Source: an uncultured SAR86 cluster bacterium (GTDB lineage Bacteria > Pseudomonadota > Gammaproteobacteria > Magnimaribacterales > D2472). Taken from it: a stretch of 64,000 bases of DNA. The notes under the pieces are model-generated. The model was not told the DNA's origin, made no database searches, and saw nothing but the letters and a program-made list of their open reading frames with translations. Below, piece by piece: positions 62,206-64,000 of this stretch. Both the position numbers and the translations under genes were made by a program. The first letter of the stretch is position 1, and the number at the start of each line of letters is the position of its first letter. The DNA lies in the NCBI GenBank assembly GCA_943789005.1, contig CALSSL010000001.1, positions 192,511 to 256,510 of the forward strand. The letters are read 5' to 3'.

Positions 62206-63063
62206 TTATTTTAGTTGTTCTGCAACCTCGTCGGCAAAACTTTTGCTTTCAACCTCAATACCTTCACCGACCTTTAATCTAGAGTATGATTCAATCTTTG
62301 CATTTTTTGAATCTAACAATTCTTGTATAGATATCTCAGAATCTTTTACAAAACCTTGAGAAAGTAATGAAACTTCTGATAAAAATCTTTTTAATTTACC
62401 TTCTATCATTTTTTCCATGATCTCTTTTGGCTTACCGGACTCTTCTGCCTGAACCATATAGATTGCCTTTTCTCTTTCTATAATTTCTGGATCAAGATCT
62501 GATTCTGACAGACATAGAGGGTTAAAAGCAGCAACATGCATTGCAATATCTTTTGCTAGAGATTCGTCTCCGCCAGAAACAATTACAACTGAGCCCAGCT
62601 TAGAATCAGAATGAATGTATGAACCTGCATTCATATCTGCACTAAAATCTTTAGTAATTAATCTTCTTAATTGAATATTTTCGCCGATTGTTTGGACCAA
62701 TGATTTTCTTTTTTCTTCTATTTCAGATTCATGTAACTGAGAAATATCTGATATCTTATTTTTAGCAATAAAATCATGCACCTCATTTGTAAAATCTACA
62801 AAATTTGAATCTTTAGCAGCAAAATCTGTTTCTGAGTTAATTTCGATTAAAGTTGCGTAGTCATTACCAACAAAAATCTTTAAAACTCCATCAGCGGCAA
62901 CCCTTGCAGCTTTCTTTTCAGCTTTTAATGCACTATTTGATCTAAGTAAATCTAAAGCTTTTTCTATATTGCCTTCGCACTCTACAAGAGCTTTTTTACA
63001 CTCCATCATTGCAACACCAGTCATATCTCTTAACTCTTTAACTTGAGATGCTTTAATTTCCAT
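62206..63063 (-). CDS. tsf: Elongation factor Ts
   Basis: VKELRDMTG..MMECKKAL, INSETDFAAK, IAMHVAA. Confidence 0.97.
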   Translation of the reverse strand: MEIKASQVKELRDMTGVAMMECKKALVECEGNIEKALDLLRSNSALKAEKKAARVAADGVLKIFVGNDYATLIEINSETDFAAKDSNFVDFTNEVHDFIAKNKISDISQLHESEIEEKRKSLVQTIGENIQLRRLITKDFSADMNAGSYIHSDSKLGSVVIVSGGDESLAKDIAMHVAAFNPLCLSESDLDPEIIEREKAIYMVQAEESGKPKEIMEKMIEGKLKRFLSEVSLLSQGFVKDSEISIQELLDSKNAKIESYSRLKVGEGIEVESKSFADEVAEQLK

Positions 63064-63065
63064 TT

Positions 63066-63998
63066 TTATTTGTCATCCTCTTTAATTTCTTGATCTTCGC
63101 TTATTTCTTCTGCAACTTCTTCAACCGCAGGTTCTTCAGTAGCAACTTCTTCAACCGCAGGTTCTTCAGTAGCAACTTCTTCAACCGCAGGTTCTTCAGT
63201 AGCAACTTCTTCAACGGCAGGTTCTTCAGTAGCAACTTCTTCAACCGCAGGTTTTTGTTTTTTAATAGTTTGAATAACTGGTGACTCTGAATCTACTTTA
63301 AGTGAAAAGCCTTTAGATGACTCTAAACCTCTAGCACAAGAATCTGCAATTATTTTGGTAATTAGTCTTATTGACCTGATGGCGTCATCATTACCAGGGA
63401 TAACCATATCAATCCCATCTGGATCAGAATTTGTATCAACAAGAGCAATAACAGGAATGCCCATTTTTTTTGCTTCTAAAACTGCAATTTTTTCATGCTT
63501 TACATCAATAACAAATATTGCATCTGGAAGGCCTTTCATATCTTTAATGCCTCCAACGCTTGCTTCTAATTTTGTATATTCTTTTTGAATTTCAACAGCT
63601 TCTTTTTTTATAAGCTTTTCTATCCTGCCTGAAGAAATCATTTCTTCAATATCTTGCAATCTTCTTATGGATCCTCTTATAGTTTTCCAGTTGGTTAAGG
63701 TTCCACCCAACCATCTTTTATTAACATATGGTAAGCCAATAGCAGAAGCTTCTTCTTTTATAGTCTTGCTGGCAGATCTTTTTGTGCCAACAAAAAGCAC
63801 TTTATTACCTTTTGAACAAATATCTTCAACCTTTGATGCTGCAGCATTTAAATGCTCTTGAGTCATGTCTAAGTTGATAATGCTTATTTTTTTTCTTGTA
63901 TCAAAGATATATTGCTCCATTTTTGGATTCCAAAATCTTTGTTGATGACCGAAGTGAACGCCTGCATGAAGCAGGTCTTTTACTGAAACTATACTCAA
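63066..63998 (-). CDS. rpsB: 30S ribosomal protein S2 with a repetitive acidic C-terminal tail (TTG start)
   Basis: [32 protein letters not shown]. Confidence 0.97.
   Translation of the reverse strand: MSIVSVKDLLHAGVHFGHQQRFWNPKMEQYIFDTRKKISIINLDMTQEHLNAAASKVEDICSKGNKVLFVGTKRSASKTIKEEASAIGLPYVNKRWLGGTLTNWKTIRGSIRRLQDIEEMISSGRIEKLIKKEAVEIQKEYTKLEASVGGIKDMKGLPDAIFVIDVKHEKIAVLEAKKMGIPVIALVDTNSDPDGIDMVIPGNDDAIRSIRLITKIIADSCARGLESSKGFSLKVDSESPVIQTIKKQKPAVEEVATEEPAVEEVATEEPAVEEVATEEPAVEEVATEEPAVEEVAEEISEDQEIKEDDK
63112..63253. repeat. 30-bp tandem repeat inside rpsB, 4 full copies plus 1 partial
   Basis: GCAACTTCTTCAACCGCAGGTTCTTCAGTA starts at 63112, 63142, 63172, 63202 and 63232 (partial); one mismatch, C>G at 63216; encodes (P)AVEEVATEE. 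Confidence 0.97.
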
Positions 63999-64000
63999 TT

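Noticed and set aside
63112-63253. CRISPR array
   Set aside because: Repeats are contiguous with no spacers, in frame inside rpsB, and there are no cas genes.

Overview
AT-rich, very tightly packed chromosomal window from a streamlined gammaproteobacterium. Gene order, minimal intergenic space and protein types suggest a SAR86-like marine lineage (inference, not searched). It is almost all core housekeeping blocks: prmC-prfA-hemA / lolB-ispE-tRNA-Gln-prs-rplY-pth-ychF-tRNA-Met; carAB-greA-rlmE-ftsH-glmM-tpiA-secG-tRNA-Leu/tRNA-fMet-rimP-nusA-infB-rbfA-truB-rpsO-pnp; map-glnD-dapD-dapE; lptFG-pepA-valS; leuA; and rpsB-tsf-pyrH-frr-uppS-cdsA-dxr-rseP-bamA-skp-lpxD-fabZ-lpxA-lpxB-rnhB-dnaE-accA-tilS. 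I see no mobile element, prophage, CRISPR array or defence system, and I cannot support a large novel multi-gene system. The best candidate for something undescribed is a pair of paralogous small hairpin membrane proteins (7755-8262) with their own terminators and an upstream inverted repeat. Other oddities: a C-terminally truncated ValRS, a +1-split infB and a probable +1 hemA (likely assembly errors), a near-perfect 30-bp tandem repeat in rpsB, a DxDxDG/Cys insertion in BamA loop 6, a His-rich membrane protein coupled to a glutathione peroxidase, an inverted tRNA-Leu, and three convergent gene pairs sharing one TTAA as both stop codons.
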